From Octopus sinensis (lineage: Eukaryota), in the NCBI RefSeq assembly GCF_006345805.1, contig NC_043004.1, positions 59,334,001 through 59,398,000 on the forward strand: a stretch of 64,000 bases of DNA, written 5' to 3'. Both the position numbers and the translations under genes were made by a program. Below, piece after piece: positions 13,232 to 26,896 of the stretch (position 1 is the first letter of the stretch; each line of letters begins with the position of its first letter). The notes beneath the pieces were generated by a model. The model was not told the DNA's origin and ran no database searches. It was given only the letters and a program-made list of their open reading frames with translations.

Positions 13232-13873
13232 TTATGCATACATACTGTGCTAAATACATACATACTTGCATATATGTGTAAGTGTGCTTGCATGTGAGCG
13301 TGTGTGTGTCTGCTTGTGTGTTTGTTTGTGTGCGTGTGATTGTTTGTGTGTGCGTGAGTGCGTTTCTGCGTATTTGTATATTTGCTGCAAAGATTTTCCC
13401 GTAGTGTCGACGGAATCAAATTTATTCACCAGTAACTGACAATAGCATTGAAACATGCAATATGAGCTCAACAGGTCGAGTGAGTTAAATACCTCACTCG
13501 GTAATATAAATATGAAATCGATGTGCAACACAATGCGTTAGTAAATGTGCTGGTTGTGTAGAGATAACCAACCACGTTACCCCAAACCCACTACCTGCTT
13601 GGCATAACTCATGTATTGTTAACTGGAAAATATGCTGGAAATTACCTGCAGGTACATGGTTTCCTGACAAGCTGATTCTTGATCTAATTATTTATTCCAA
13701 GGTATATCGATTGTAACAATTTCCAATTGTTGAGATATTTTGAGTTGGAATGTAGAGGAGAACAGATGTTCACAAATAATGAAATAGGGATGTTCGCTTC
13801 CCAAACAATAAGACTTGGCAGAGTAGAAGTAGAATTCGATCAAACATCATTCGTTGTTGTTGTTGTTATTTTT

Positions 13874-13917
<44 letters not shown>

Positions 13918-13934
13918 TGTTGTTGTGAACGTGG

Positions 13935-14600
13935 CAAGCTGGAAGAATCGCTAGCGCGCCCAGCAAAATGCTTAACCGTATTGCGTTCTAAGTTCAAATT
14001 CCACTGGGTTCGATTTTGTTTTTCGTCTTTTAGGGGTCGATAAAGTAAGTACCAGTTGAATACTGGGGTAGCTGCAATGGACTTACCCCTTCCCCGAACT
14101 TGTCCGTGTACCAAAAATTGAAATCATTACTATTATTATTGTTGTTGTTGTTGTTGTTGTTAAGGCGACCAGCTGGCATTATCGTTAGCACGCCGGGCGA
14201 AATACGTAGCCGTATTTCGTCTGCCGTTACGTTCTGAGTTCAAATTCCGCCGAGGTCGACTTTGCCTTTCATCATTTCGGGGTCGATAAATTAAGTACCA
14301 GTTACACACTGGGCTCGATGTAATCGACTGACCCCCTCCCCAAAATTCTGGGCCTTTTGCCTACAGTAGAAAATATTATTACTGTTGTTGCTGTTAAGGC
14401 GTCAAGCTGGCAGAATTGTTAACCAAGTGGGTTAAATGCTTAGGGGCTTTGTCTGTTTTTAAGTTCTGAATAGAAATTCCGCAGGAGGCGAGTTTGCCTT
14501 TCATCCTTTCAGTGACGATAAAATAAATACCAGTTGAGCACTGATGTCCAGGTATTTGACTTACAAAGTGCATCGAAAATTCTAGGTTTTGTGCCTACAG
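13935..14600 (+). mobile_element. Three tandem SINE family A copies separated by (TTA/GTT)n
   Basis: Heads at ~13935, ~14162 and ~14396, each with a B-box and the cctt/tttcatc..gataaa..agtaccagtt body. Confidence 0.85.
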
Positions 14601-14689
14601 TAGGAACAGTTATTATTATCATCATTATGAACGTTATCACATATAAAACATCTTGAAGCTTGCTTCAATATCCGTCATCAAATGTAGAT

Positions 14690-14900
14690 AATTTACCTTT
14701 GTCTGCTTCCTATGGCGCAAGATGTTGTGTAATGGACGATGGTGATATGACTAATTATAAATATGTTCCTCTTCGCTGAAGCCCTAGTTGACTTTTTAAA
14801 GAACCATTTCGAAAGGAAGGGACGTGGGTGAAGAAATTAGTATCATACAGTCTTCTCTGATAAGGGTGGGTGACAGTGATCGAAGATGCTGCTTGCTGCT
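14690..14900 (+). mobile_element. Tx1/L1-type LINE ORF2 C-terminal remnant
   Basis: Reads MAQDVV*WT..MFLFAEALVDFLKNHFERK, paralleling AKECVW*TRLKCLETNNFLSGQSL at 40660-40770. Confidence 0.55.
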
Positions 14901-15069
14901 CAGTATTTGTGAAGGGCACTTAATTTGTTTCTCTGGGGTTTAGCTATTGGCTCTCGAAAGTTCAACTGTATGGGGAAGAGTGTATCAGCTATGTATACTT
15001 GTATTTGTATAGTGTGGATACTTTTATTCTTCACTTGACGCACAGCAAGAACAGAAAAAGTAATCATCA

Positions 15070-15790
15070 GTAAAAATTCCGAGGGTGCTATGGGATGCAT
15101 CGTCAATGATGATTCTAGGACGTGGGGTCTTTCAGCATCAGACACCTTCGCCCTGTTGACCGGGGTTGAAAAGGTGCTAGTTTACATACCTATTTCTTTA
15201 TTACCCACAAGGGGCTAAACGCAGAAAGGACAAACAAGGACAGACATAGGTATTAAGTCGATTACATCGACCCCAGTGCGTAACTGGTACTTAATTTATC
15301 GACCCCGAAAGGATGAAAGGCAAAGTCGACCTCGGTGGAATTTGAACTCACAACTTAACGCAGACGAAATACCGCTAAGCATTTCGCCCGGCGTGTTAAC
15401 ATTTCTGCCAGCTCGCCGCCTAGTTTACATACCATTGGCACAAACCACTGGTCATGCATCTCTATCGAAAGCCACTTAGTGGTCTTCTCTGCAGCTTCAG
15501 TGATGGAATCTATAGCCCTCCTTTTCACTGCACTTTCTTCGTTTGTCTCACATCATAGTTCTCGGCTATGATTTCTGCACTATTCTTCCAGCTCCTAGTA
15601 TTTGGCACACTTCCTCTTTCGAACTTCCCCCAAGCGTACAGTCAATTTCCACACGGTCACCTGCTTGGTTGGAATTTCAGAAGATCACTATGTCTGAGCG
15701 GAGCGTTATTGGTACAGCTGTGTCCTGAGCTGCTGTGAGCTTTAGTGTTGGATGGTGTATATGATGAGTATCTACAGTAATTTGTTTTGC
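15070..15790 (-). mobile_element. HERO-like (R2-group, restriction-like endonuclease) LINE 3' end
   Basis: Minus strand reads TLRSDIVIF..VTVWKLTV..RKRKCAKY*ELEE*CR..KRRAIDSITEAAEKTTKWL, i.e. degenerate PD(I)V..ELTV..K..KY endonuclease motifs, followed by a 3' UTR. Interrupted by a SINE. Confidence 0.7.
15191..15419 (-). mobile_element. SINE family A
   Basis: Full-length, with a 14-bp TSD ctagtttacatacc (15177-15190, 15420-15433). Confidence 0.95.
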
Positions 15791-16084
15791 TGTTGGATGG
15801 TGAAAGCATAGAGTACATACTGCGTGTCTGGGGTATATTTTTTTCACGGCAATTATTAAAAACGTGCTCTGCGTGAATAGTTTCTGTTATGAAATACATT
15901 TCAGAAAGTTTGAAACTCTTTTAGGAAAGGCAGTTATAACTTCTCTAGATTATCTTAATTTTAGTATATCATTTCAATATATCTAACCTGTTCTGCCAAC
16001 TTTTCTTTCCTTTTTTGTAAATTTCAGATTGAAGGAGACGATTGTAAAAGCACCTTGAACAGGCCCTACTAAACTCTGCTTGTC

Positions 16085-16645
16085 ACCGCTGACATAAAGA
16101 CAATTTGTAAGCACGCTACGCAATAAAGTTTTGTGTTAAACAGGGCAAGAACGCTACAGATATGTATGAAATGCTCTATACTGATTGTGGATTAAGTTTT
16201 AGGAGCCGATGTTTTTGTCTTTCGCTAGCACAAGAGGTTCAATGACAGCAGAGGAGAGGCAAGAGTACTTCGAGAGGTGGGAAGGAAAAGGCTGTCAGAA
16301 CAAAGTTGCTTGAGAATATTCGCTATTTTCTGGATGAACACTGTCATATATTTATAAAGATGATCACTTTACAGTTTGGAGTTGATGTGGCTACTGTTCA
16401 CAGATTTATGAATATCTAAAAATGCGCAAAATTTGTTTTTACGGTGTCCAGTGACAAACAGCAGAAGATAGACGTTGATGATGAGAGGAAGGTAGTTGAG
16501 TACATTATATTTATTCCAAGAGTACTTGAGTCTCTAGTAACTTGTGACGGAAGCTGGATCTACAGTTGTGATCCAGACACTAAGATACTAAGAGACAGAT
16601 GATCCTCCATTCCGACAGCAACGGCATAGTCTACATCAACTTGCC
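16085..16645 (+). mobile_element. Decayed mariner transposase (HTH through first catalytic Asp)
   Basis: RYAIKFCVKQGKNATDMYEML..QFGVDVATVHR..LKMRKIC..LESLVTCDGSWIYSCDPDTK, with frameshifts. Confidence 0.85.
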
Positions 16646-16952
16646 GTGTAAGTACATTTCCGAAAATCACATGCACGTACCACCTGTTAATATTTACTGT
16701 TATATTGTGAAAGTTTCGTTAGTTACTATGGTGACAACAGTTTAGCTATATATCTTTCACATATAGACACAAAAACACTCTTTCCCCCGTCTCTTTCTCT
16801 TTCACACATACGCACACATAAACAGGCAAAAAAATAACTATGTTGTTTTATAATGAAAATCTTTTTGTAGCTGATGTGTTGTGCTGATAGACTTGTAATT
16901 AAAAACTTCCTGCGTTTTTAATCAAAACTTGTCACTTAGTAAGGTGACAACA

Positions 16953-17054
<102 letters not shown>

Positions 17055-17085
17055 GTCTGTCTGTCTATGTATCTATGTATGTATG

Positions 17086-17137
<52 letters not shown>

Positions 17138-17145
17138 ACACTTTA

Positions 17146-17187
<42 letters not shown>

Positions 17188-18110
17188 TGACTGTATTCAT
17201 CTCTCAATGCGCTTGATAACATTAAACTTGCGTTATATAAATAATGCAATGGCGATTTATAAGAAATAACCGATCATGATGACGATTCGAAACAATTTAT
17301 GATATGTTCAATACAGGTACGATAGGCATTCGCGACATATGTAGCAGTTCTTGAATTAGATATATAGTCTTACCTGTTCTGATCTAAAATTACAAGATGC
17401 ACCGGTCAATTGAATTAAATAATTTCTTCCTTAACCATAGAAAATGCTTAATAGCATCTATGCCAACACTAATCGGTTTTATAACAATACATATATTAAT
17501 CAAAATACGCGATTATTATTCTAATGCAATAATACTACTAACAAATGCCCAGACATTATTATTCCAAGACAATATTATACTTAGACAAAAGAAACCAATT
17601 ACAAGAGTACAATAATATTAATATTTGAATTGATTCGTTAGACAGCGAGAGATCGATAGGAGGCGAAGTATTACAAAAGTTAATATAAATAGGTCAACTG
17701 CTAGACAAATTGTTGCTTTCATATATACATATCTATATATATGTATGTATGTATGTATGTATATTTGTGTTTGTCTTCGCATATATGTAACATATGATTA
17801 TCATAAGCCATTAGACTGACATACGCCCACAGAGACGAAAACGCACGCTTCCACGCGCTCGTATTCCTATAACCAAGGCCTTCCCTATCCTCGCATGATG
17901 TCTGGTAATAGTATCCCCTGCACTGACGTCTGAAGAGATGTGTCGATCAATTCCAAAGAAGTTTCAGTTTACAGGGAAAATTTCAGGTTTTATGAATTTG
18001 AGAATGTTTAACGCTTAATACACACACACACATGTATGTATATATAGATGTATGTATGTATGTATGTATGTATGTATGTATGTATGTATGTATGTATGTA
18101 TGTATGTATG

Positions 18111-18154
<44 letters not shown>

Positions 18155-18499
18155 CATACTTACAAGCATACACATATACAGATATAAACATATATGTTGG
18201 CGATATACGCTACGTTGCTTGTAGGTATACATTTCTATATATGTGCGTATCTATCTATCGACACGCACGCACTCACTCACAGACGCACACACACTCATAC
18301 ACACACATACACACACACGACAGAATTTCATGTTATCTATTTTATAACCTTATACTGTGCCTTCCGAAGCACCTCTCCGTGTACCGGCTACCAGATGCTA
18401 CCATACAGTGCAAATTCTCCTTTTACTGGATAAGTATGTGGAAATCTGCGAGTATACGTGGGATCTATACAAAATAATTTTAACATGGCAAGTTGGAAT

Positions 18500-19610
18500 G
18501 AATAAACTTTATTACAAATTACTGCAATTGTTTCGGCGCATCAGTATCAGCTGGTAAGTGCTGAATATTACATATATTGTACATAAATTTATTATACACA
18601 TTGTTACATAAATGTGATCCAGTAAAAGATATATACACGCACGCCTGAAGGGGAAGAAGGTCCAAAGCTCTGCTAGATCATGTTTACTTTCTCTTTGTTT
18701 TACATCTACATCTTTGCACTATATTTAGTGTTCCATTGACAAAGAAAATTATATCATATATTTCTCTTTTGAGGATAAACTCAGATTTGTAAATGGATGG
18801 ATATAAATGTGGGAAGAAGTATTTCTATAGGAGCATATTTGGAGCCTTATAAGTACAGAAGCATGAAAGGATACGCATTAATGAGAGTGAAAATTTGAGT
18901 GTATACTTACATAGATATATGCATGCGTTTATACGTGTGTATGTACATTAGTATTAAATAAATGTATATGCATGTATAAGGGAGCGAGCAAGTAAATCTT
19001 GGTTGAATGGCTTCTCTCTTAATGACTTGTAAAGCAACGGAGTAAGCCGGTGACAGTAAACTACACAGCCAAAATTAGTTCTGTAAGTTGAAGAGTGTTG
19101 GTCTTCTTCTGTGCTAAGAAACTCATCATATGTCACTGATTTCCTTTGAAGTGGAACAGTAACAAGCACAAGAGACAAAGTAATTGTTCATGTCTATCAA
19201 TTTCCGACATTATTATCTAAGAATGTTCATTTATTTTCCTAAAATGCAAGACAAGTCTGTCGTTAAGGATGGAACAAATAAGATGTTTCTTTTTTTCTAT
19301 TTCCATTAATTTAGTTTATGTATTTCTTTTTTGTCATTTGTATGTCTTAGTGTTTCAGTTTTGTTCTTTGTCAATGGAATGTTAGAAATAGCTTTATGGA
19401 GTGGGTATAAAACACTGAGGAACTAAAGATGATCTATTAGTGCTTTGGATCTTACTCACCAGAGGATGTGCCTGTATGCAGCTAGTGTTGGATCATATTA
19501 ATGCAATAATATGTTTATTATATGTAACATTCAGTAATTACCAGCCGATACTGATGCGCAGAAAAAATTGTAGTGATTTGTAATAAAGTGTGTTCATTTC
19601 ATCTTGTTGT
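18500..19610. mobile_element. Old inverted repeat (18500-18750 vs 19365-19610) around a possible GIY-YIG remnant; Penelope-like
   Basis: Colinear shared blocks ttctttgtcaatggaa, gatcta..gctttgga and taccag.cgatactgatgcgc.gaaa.aattg.agt.atttgtaataaa in opposite orientation. Spacer minus frame VVYCHRLTPLLYKSLREKPFNQ is weakly GIY-YIG-like. Confidence 0.5.
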
Positions 19611-19642
19611 ATTGACATTTTTATATGTATATGTATATTTAT

Positions 19643-19756
<114 letters not shown>

Positions 19757-19876
19757 GCCTGACTGCCTGTCTGTCCGCCTGCTTGCCTGTCTGTCTGTCT
19801 GATTATCTATCTATCTAATTATCTATCTATCTATCTATTTATCTTTTTTCTCTCTCACTCTCTTTCCCCCTCTCTC

Positions 19877-19925
<49 letters not shown>

Positions 19926-20804
19926 ATGTGTGTGTATGTATGCGTGTCTATATATAAACACAGAATCACACGCACACACACACACCTACACACATGCATA
20001 CATACATACAATCATACATACATACATACATACATACATATACAAATATATGTGTATATATGCACATATATGTGTATATATGTACATATTAGTATTTGAT
20101 TTCGATTTTGCACACTAAAGTATATGCATGTGATTTGTGCTTCTTTTAGACGATATTAAGGGCAACCATAATTTCTTTTGAAGAACCCAAACATAGCACC
20201 AGCGCTTGCAGGTGTTCGTGAATGCCTGTCTGCGTAGGAGTGTGTTTCTGTTTAAAGGTATATGTGTGTCTGCTTCTGTGCGGATGTGAGTGTGTGTATG
20301 TATGTGTGTGTTTGGGAACGTGTACGTGTGTATATGTGTAGGGAGTAATTTTTCCGGAGAAGTTTCGCAAAGTGTGCAATGAAACAAACAATGTATTCGA
20401 CTTAAAGCCACACAAACACACGTATTTATATATACGCAAACATGCGCACACATATATTAAAGTGAGAGAGAGAGATTGACACACACATAAAGCGACTTAG
20501 CAACAGCACCAGAAGATCGAAAAAATAAAGAGATAAAGAATTGACATGAAGAACATAGGATAAGACGCAAGAAGTGGAATGAAAAGGAGGAGTATTAGTA
20601 CAAAATAAAACACTTGAATAGAAATACCATTTGCTAGAACCATGGCAGTTGTGAAACGGTAAAACTTACAGAAAAGCATGATAAGAAATAAGGAGTAGTA
20701 TTGTTATAAATACAAAGAAAATATAAAAGCGAAGTAGGAGAAATGTGAGAGCCAACAGTTTTTATATGTAACTAAGAGAAAAAAGAAAAGCAGGAAGTTA
20801 TATA

Positions 20805-20958
20805 TTGGGTTGGTACATAAATTTTGCGGCTTTGTCCTGCAAATTTTATTAAAAAAAAAACAATAACAACATGTAACAAAAACATCGTTAAATGATTACT
20901 CCGGAGCATATTCACCATCTATTTCAATTACTGCTTCCCATTTGCTAGGGAGATGGTC
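20805..20958 (-). mobile_element. Mariner 3' end with TIR
   Basis: Minus strand HLPSKWEAVIEIDGEYAPE*, and tattgggttggtacataaattttgcggc is a mariner-type TIR with TA. Confidence 0.8.
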
Positions 20959-21235
20959 ATGCGAAAATAGAAATATTTACTCTAAAAAAGAATCAGATTA
21001 TTTCGTTGTTAACTCACTGTCTAATAGAAAGAAAAGATCTTCATCCCTTGCAGGATGAAGATTATTTCTAATATCTTGAGAACCAATTTACCGATTTACG
21101 CGAAACTTGTTTTATTCCGTTCATGTTAACATTTCGGGGTAAACCTAATTCATAGTACTTTCCCATTATGCGCCAGTTTGGCTGAATATCACTACAAGCA
21201 AGCAAAATGCAAACTGACTGTCAATGCATTATATG

Positions 21236-21295
<60 letters not shown>

Positions 21296-21390
21296 GTGTG
21301 TGTGTGTGTGTGTGTGTGTGTCTGTGTGTCTGTGTCTGTGTGTGCATGTATATAAAATAAAAAGGTGGTTACTTGCAATTTAGAACCGAC

Positions 21391-21642
21391 AGGCAACAAG
21401 TACAGTTATCATTTAAGTGACGGAGGGCGCTGCTAAGCACCGATATTGCTAGAAAAAAGAGTCAAAACAGATCTTAGCCACGTGAGAGTACCTCGCTTTT
21501 CGTATGAAGAGAGCCTGCCTCCCTTATCAGCCATTAGAAAAGCGCTCTAATGTGGCTAAGGCTTATTTTGACTCTTACTTCTAGCAATGTTGTTGCTTAC
21601 TAGTACCATCCTTCACTTTAGTGACAACTGTACTTACTGCCT
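21391..21642. mobile_element. Foldback/MITE with ~85-bp imperfect inverted arms
   Basis: aggcaacaagtacagttatcatttaagtga..attgctag..aagagtcaaaa..cttagccac is mirrored by gtggctaag..ttttgactctt..ctagcaat..tcactttagtgacaactgtacttactgcct. Confidence 0.75.
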
Positions 21643-22702
21643 ATACATACATACATACATACATACATACATACATACATACATACATACATACACACAT
21701 ACATACTTACATACATACATATATACATACATACATACGTATATACATACATACATAGTGTCTGTATTCGACTGTTTATACCTTTTGTCCTGACCGAAAA
21801 CTTGAATGCATTTGATTTGATGTCAGAATCTAAGTATATATATCTTTTTCGACACTTTACTGTTCCTGCGAATCTACATTCTTCGAAATATTATTAGTGC
21901 CACTTTGGAACATTTAAGAATAATGGAAGATCTATTCCATCGGTGTTAAGTGACCGACGACTTACCATGAAGACATGAAACAGTAAAGCAAATGTAGCAG
22001 AAACATTTTATAGTATCTGAGTAAATGGAATGACAGGTGCTTTGTAATGCAGTCCTAATCTGTAACCTATTTACCTGTCAATAGATGGAGCGACGATTTG
22101 ACCTTTGTCAGCAGACTTGATGTGTCCCCACCATCTTTGTCTCCTGACTTGTGCCTGTAAGGTCTATTAACATTTATATGATGTATTATGCAGTAAGGCG
22201 TATGCATTACGATAAGTTTAGCCGTGGCATGGATGTAGGAATGAAGAAAGGAGAGAAGTAAATGAAGGTAAGAATTATGGAAAAGAATGAAAATATAGAG
22301 ACAGTGTAAAGAAAATATGTATAAAAAAAAACAAGAACTATAAAAATATAGTATTTCGAAGAAGCAGATGACGGTAAGAATTAAGCAAATGAAATGAAAT
22401 AAATAAAATTAAGATAGTTGAAAATGGAAGGAAAAAGAGAAGTATTCGAAGAAGAGAAATATGACGAGTGTAGATTAAGAAAGATATGCGTAAAGACACA
22501 TTTAGAGGTTTAACTGCATTAGATGGTCTGTAAGACAGACTCGTGTCAGATGTCATCTCTCCACTGCAAAGAAACGAAGAATTTGCAGAACAGTATTTAA
22601 CAAGCGATATTAGTGAAGCACTGAAAACACACGCACGCATGCGCGCACAGACACACAGATTTACACAGACACATTGACACACATATGTATGGATATATAT
22701 GC

Positions 22703-22745
<43 letters not shown>

Positions 22746-23864
22746 GAGACGGATAGCGGGAGAGAGGGAGAGTGAAAAATATCGATACTATTAAGTTGAC
22801 TGAGTGCTAAAAATATACAGAGGTAGATTTCTAAATTGTAGTAATAAGTAGGGCGTTGATAACAATTTAGGAAATGATAGAGAGGGAATGGACTTACTCT
22901 TGACTGGTTAAAATGAAAACACGGTGAGAATCTATGCAATCTGTTCCGCTGAACACATTCTACGTCTGTACAGGATATCAAGGAATTCTTGCGTTAACGA
23001 AGCAGAGAAGCAAAGGAATTATCGATTTAGTATGAAACGTATGAAATAAAATAAAACAAAATATATTTATATACATCTAAAGATCTGAAATTTCAACATT
23101 TCGTAAATCTAATAGCGTGTAATTTATCACCGCTGCTTTTAAAGTAAAATCCAAGAACAGAAGGAAATCTTTTGAACGATGAATTAATACCTAATGGAAT
23201 GATTATAAACGAGTTGGATTAATACTATGATGAGCTTCATATAACATTTTTTTTTTTTTTGGCTGGAAGGGACTTTGAAGTCAGAGACAGTCGCCATAAA
23301 TGTAGTGTTCTTCACTTCTTATAACTTGTAACTACTAAATATGATCAAGGCCTCCGCAAACTCTACAAAACCCGATATCAATCTAGTTACTGTCCTTGAA
23401 CAACAGGAAATTTTCGACTGTGAAAAGAACACAGTATCATAAAAGGATTTTTACATGAATAAAGATGTCCTGGAGGGAGGATGGAGTGAAAATGTATGGC
23501 TTAGCAAGGTCCAGTGGTTGTTAGTTATATTTTATTCAACTCCATCTTTCAAAGAATAGTGTCCCTAAAGTCTCAATTCCACTCTCATAATTTTGCAAAT
23601 AAAATACAATTAGCTGACACACATTCGGACCAGAGAATTTGAATCACTGATCTTTGTTCTACTTTGGTGCACATTACTAGCGGAGCGGCCGTGATTACAC
23701 TGCAAATCCAGAAAGACAAAATGGCCACAATAGTACTAACTATAAGCACGCATGCGCAGAAGGCAGTGTGACAATAATAAAGATGTTATGACGAAAGTGT
23801 GGTTAATTTTTTACTTTCCCTCGTATATATATATATATATATATATAGATAGATAGATATATAT

Positions 23865-24167
23865 ATCACCGTGACCGACCAGGCTATCAGATGTTGCTAC
23901 GTATCGCTGGTCAGAATGCGCTTCGCATTGTTTTAGCCTTCAAATGACGCCACCCCGCTGGCTAAGCGAGCAGGCCAACAGAAGAAAGAGTGAGAGAAAG
24001 TTGTGGCGAAATAGTACAGCAGGGATCACCACCATCCCCTGCTGGAGCCCCGCGGAGCTTTAGGTGTTTTCGCTCAATAAACACTCACAACGCCCGGTCT
24101 GGGAATCGAAACCGCGATCCTACAACCGCGAGTCCGCTACCCTAATCACTGGGCCATTGCGCCTCCA
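23865..24167 (-). mobile_element. SINE, head A + tail 2
   Basis: Intact head tggaggcgcaatggcccagtgattaggg, flanked by (TA)n and (CA)n. Confidence 0.9.
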
Positions 24168-24208
24168 CACACACACACACACGCACACACACGCACACAC
24201 ACACACAT

Positions 24209-24293
<85 letters not shown>

Positions 24294-24867
24294 GTTCTTG
24301 TGTATGCATGTATGTATGTATGTATTTAAGTACGTATACATGCATGTATGAAACCTAATTGCGTTTATCTGCATCATAACCGCCATATGAATCGGCCATG
24401 AATGTCCTCTTATAGCCCATTTTCTTGCCAAGGACTAAGTACTGGAGGAAGTATTCGGAGTATAAATCCATTTGAGCACTACAACACGTTTGTAATGCTG
24501 AGCATTTTCGCTCTCATCTATTTTCTGTACACATAACACGCACAAATACACACACACAAACACACTCGTAAACATACACGCACGCACACGCAAATACACA
24601 CTCACTCACACACACACACACATATAAATAGATTCAGTTGAATAAGGTACTTAAATTTGAGGCAACTGGTTAGCTCGGAATAAAACGCACACACCACAAA
24701 ATTTACATGAATACCAACCTTGGTGCAGGAGTACTATCAGTAAGATATTCGGGTAATGTATTCCGTTAACTGGACCTAGACGAGTATATAATCCGACCTT
24801 GAGCTATTACGACATGTACCTTTTAATACTTCGAAGTATGAGAAGGACATGTTCCGAGATAAGTGAA

Positions 24868-25264
24868 TCTTTATATATAAAAGTCAAGTTGTGTGTCTGT
24901 CTCCTACGATTTAGATTCCTAACTACTCCCACATTTTGCGGTGCAGTTTAACCAAAACCGGGTATCTTATAGTCGTGATTCATATCGAGCCCTTCTGGGT
25001 ATTAGCGCGCGTCTACGATGAGTCTACGATTTAAAAAAAAATTTACCATAATTTTTTTCCATTTTAATTCATTTTTTCGCTATTATATAAGGGAAGTAAC
25101 TCTCTAAAAATGTCTACGGTGAGTCAACGATTAAAAAAAAACTTACCATCACTTTTTTTCCATTTTTAATGCATATTTTTGCTATGTTTTGGCTATAACT
25201 CTCTAAAAGTACTTATATAGTTATTTCCCTTACAAACCCGAGCAACGCCGGGCGATACTGCTAG
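24868..25264 (+). mobile_element. Non-autonomous Helitron, copy 2
   Basis: A|TCTTTATATATAAAAG..CCCGAGCAACGCCGGGCGATACTGCTAG|T, with an internal ~95-bp tandem unit. Confidence 0.9.
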
Positions 25265-25294
25265 TTATAAATATATAAGTAATAAATAATGGAC

Positions 25295-25530
25295 AGGTGT
25301 CAATTCACTATAACCGTTTCTAACGAATTTTTCAATTGATCAATATGTACATTATGTCATTATAAAAAAATGTTTTCTTCAGATGAATACACGAAACTTA
25401 CAATCAGTTAAAATAATGTCCTTTATTATACAATTCATATATTTATTGAAAACGGTTTTCTGTAATGATATAATGTACACATTAATCAGTTCAATAATTC
25501 GTTAGGAACGGCTACAATTGATTCACACCT
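25295..25530. mobile_element. MITE with ~75-bp imperfect TIRs
   Basis: aggtgtcaattcactataaccgtttctaacgaatt..tgtacattatgtcatta vs taatgatataatgtaca..aattcgttaggaacggctacaattgattcacacct. Confidence 0.75.
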
Positions 25531-25577
25531 ATCTACCAACTGTTACTTATACATATTTACATATACATATATATATA

Positions 25578-25613
<36 letters not shown>

Positions 25614-25630
25614 TACAAATAACACACACA

Positions 25631-25690
<60 letters not shown>

Positions 25691-25864
25691 ATACAAATAA
25701 CACACACTCATATATATATATATATATGTATACGCATAGATGTAAGTAAGTACATATACGTATGTATATATGCACATATATATTATTTATATTATTATAT
25801 GATTGAACGCGACACATCCTCTTCCAAGTAAGTTTTATCTATCTATCTATATGTCTATCTATGC

Positions 25865-25920
<56 letters not shown>

Positions 25921-25924
25921 TATA

Positions 25925-25962
<38 letters not shown>

Positions 25963-26004
25963 ATATAGATATATGTATATAGATATATGGAAATATATAT
26001 ATAT

Positions 26005-26515
26005 TATATAGCGGAAATTTACAAAAAAAAAAAGGACGAAGACAAGTGTGTAAACAACAAACAGGTGTATTAGTTTAACATTTGGGAAGGTGATAAAGTC
26101 TTTTGCGTTTCGAGCCTACGCTTTTCAGCAGAAAGAAACTCGAGAAAATAAACAGAAACAACAAAAAATAAACAGAGAAGGGAACGTACACGAACAGACA
26201 ACCACCACGTGGATTTCTTACATGGTAAAAGTGGTAGTCAAAGCCTAAAACCACAAAAGAATATTCTTACATTAAAGCATGTTGATTTATGCGAAAACAA
26301 GACATTTGAGTGAATAAAATATAGTAAACCTTATACTTATACGGTTCCCTATTACTGACCAAATGAATCATGTAACAAGCTAATTAATTGATTATTTAAT
26401 CATCCGTAGCTCATCAGTATAAATCAACGTGCTTTAATGTAAGAATACACTTTGACTGCCAGTTTTAGCATGTAAGAAATCCACGTAGTGGCTTTCTCTT
26501 CGTTTATGTTTCATA
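26005..26515. mobile_element. Penelope-like pseudo-LTR remnant with internal inversion
   Basis: Inverted arms 26202-26290 vs 26415-26491 (ccacgtggatttcttacatg / catgtaagaaatccacgt; ttcttacattaaagca / tgctttaatgtaagaa). Degenerate hammerhead core on the minus strand at ~26097-26134. Confidence 0.6.
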
Positions 26516-26615
26516 CACTATTATTTAAAAAAAAAAAGTCCTCTGATTCTTATTACGCATACTAGCCACTGGTAAATAATTATTCAATAATTCTTACTCG
26601 TATATTTATGTTATA

Positions 26616-26657
<42 letters not shown>

Positions 26658-26665
26658 TATATATT

Positions 26666-26735
<70 letters not shown>

Positions 26736-26847
26736 TATATATATATATTATATATATATATATATATATTGTTGTCAAAAGTGGCCAGGAATGAATGAAG
26801 GTACGTATGCATATGTACGTGTATATATGTATATGCATATATATATG

Positions 26848-26896
<49 letters not shown>

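Noticed and set aside
14100-14130. Family A SINE 3' motif ccaaaa(t)ttgaaa resembling the Dong 3' end (ccaaatttgaaa, 49559-49572)
   Set aside because: Only ~12 AT-rich bases match, and the SINE tail is (TTA)n while the Dong tail is (TAA)n (opposite polarity). Not enough for a LINE-SINE pairing.
13935-14600. Regularly spaced repeats that might suggest a CRISPR-like array
   Set aside because: The units are ~200-bp SINE copies separated by microsatellite, with no unique spacers or cas genes, in a eukaryotic context.
14690-15145. GPCR-like hydrophobic readings on the minus strand with an apparent donor near 14695
   Set aside because: The plus strand matches the Tx1 ORF2 C-terminus and the upper part is a HERO 3' UTR. 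The minus frames are interrupted by stops.
17374-17383. 10-nt minus-strand microexon (ttttag|atcagaacag|gtaaga)
   Set aside because: Not a multiple of three, short pyrimidine tract, within chance expectation.
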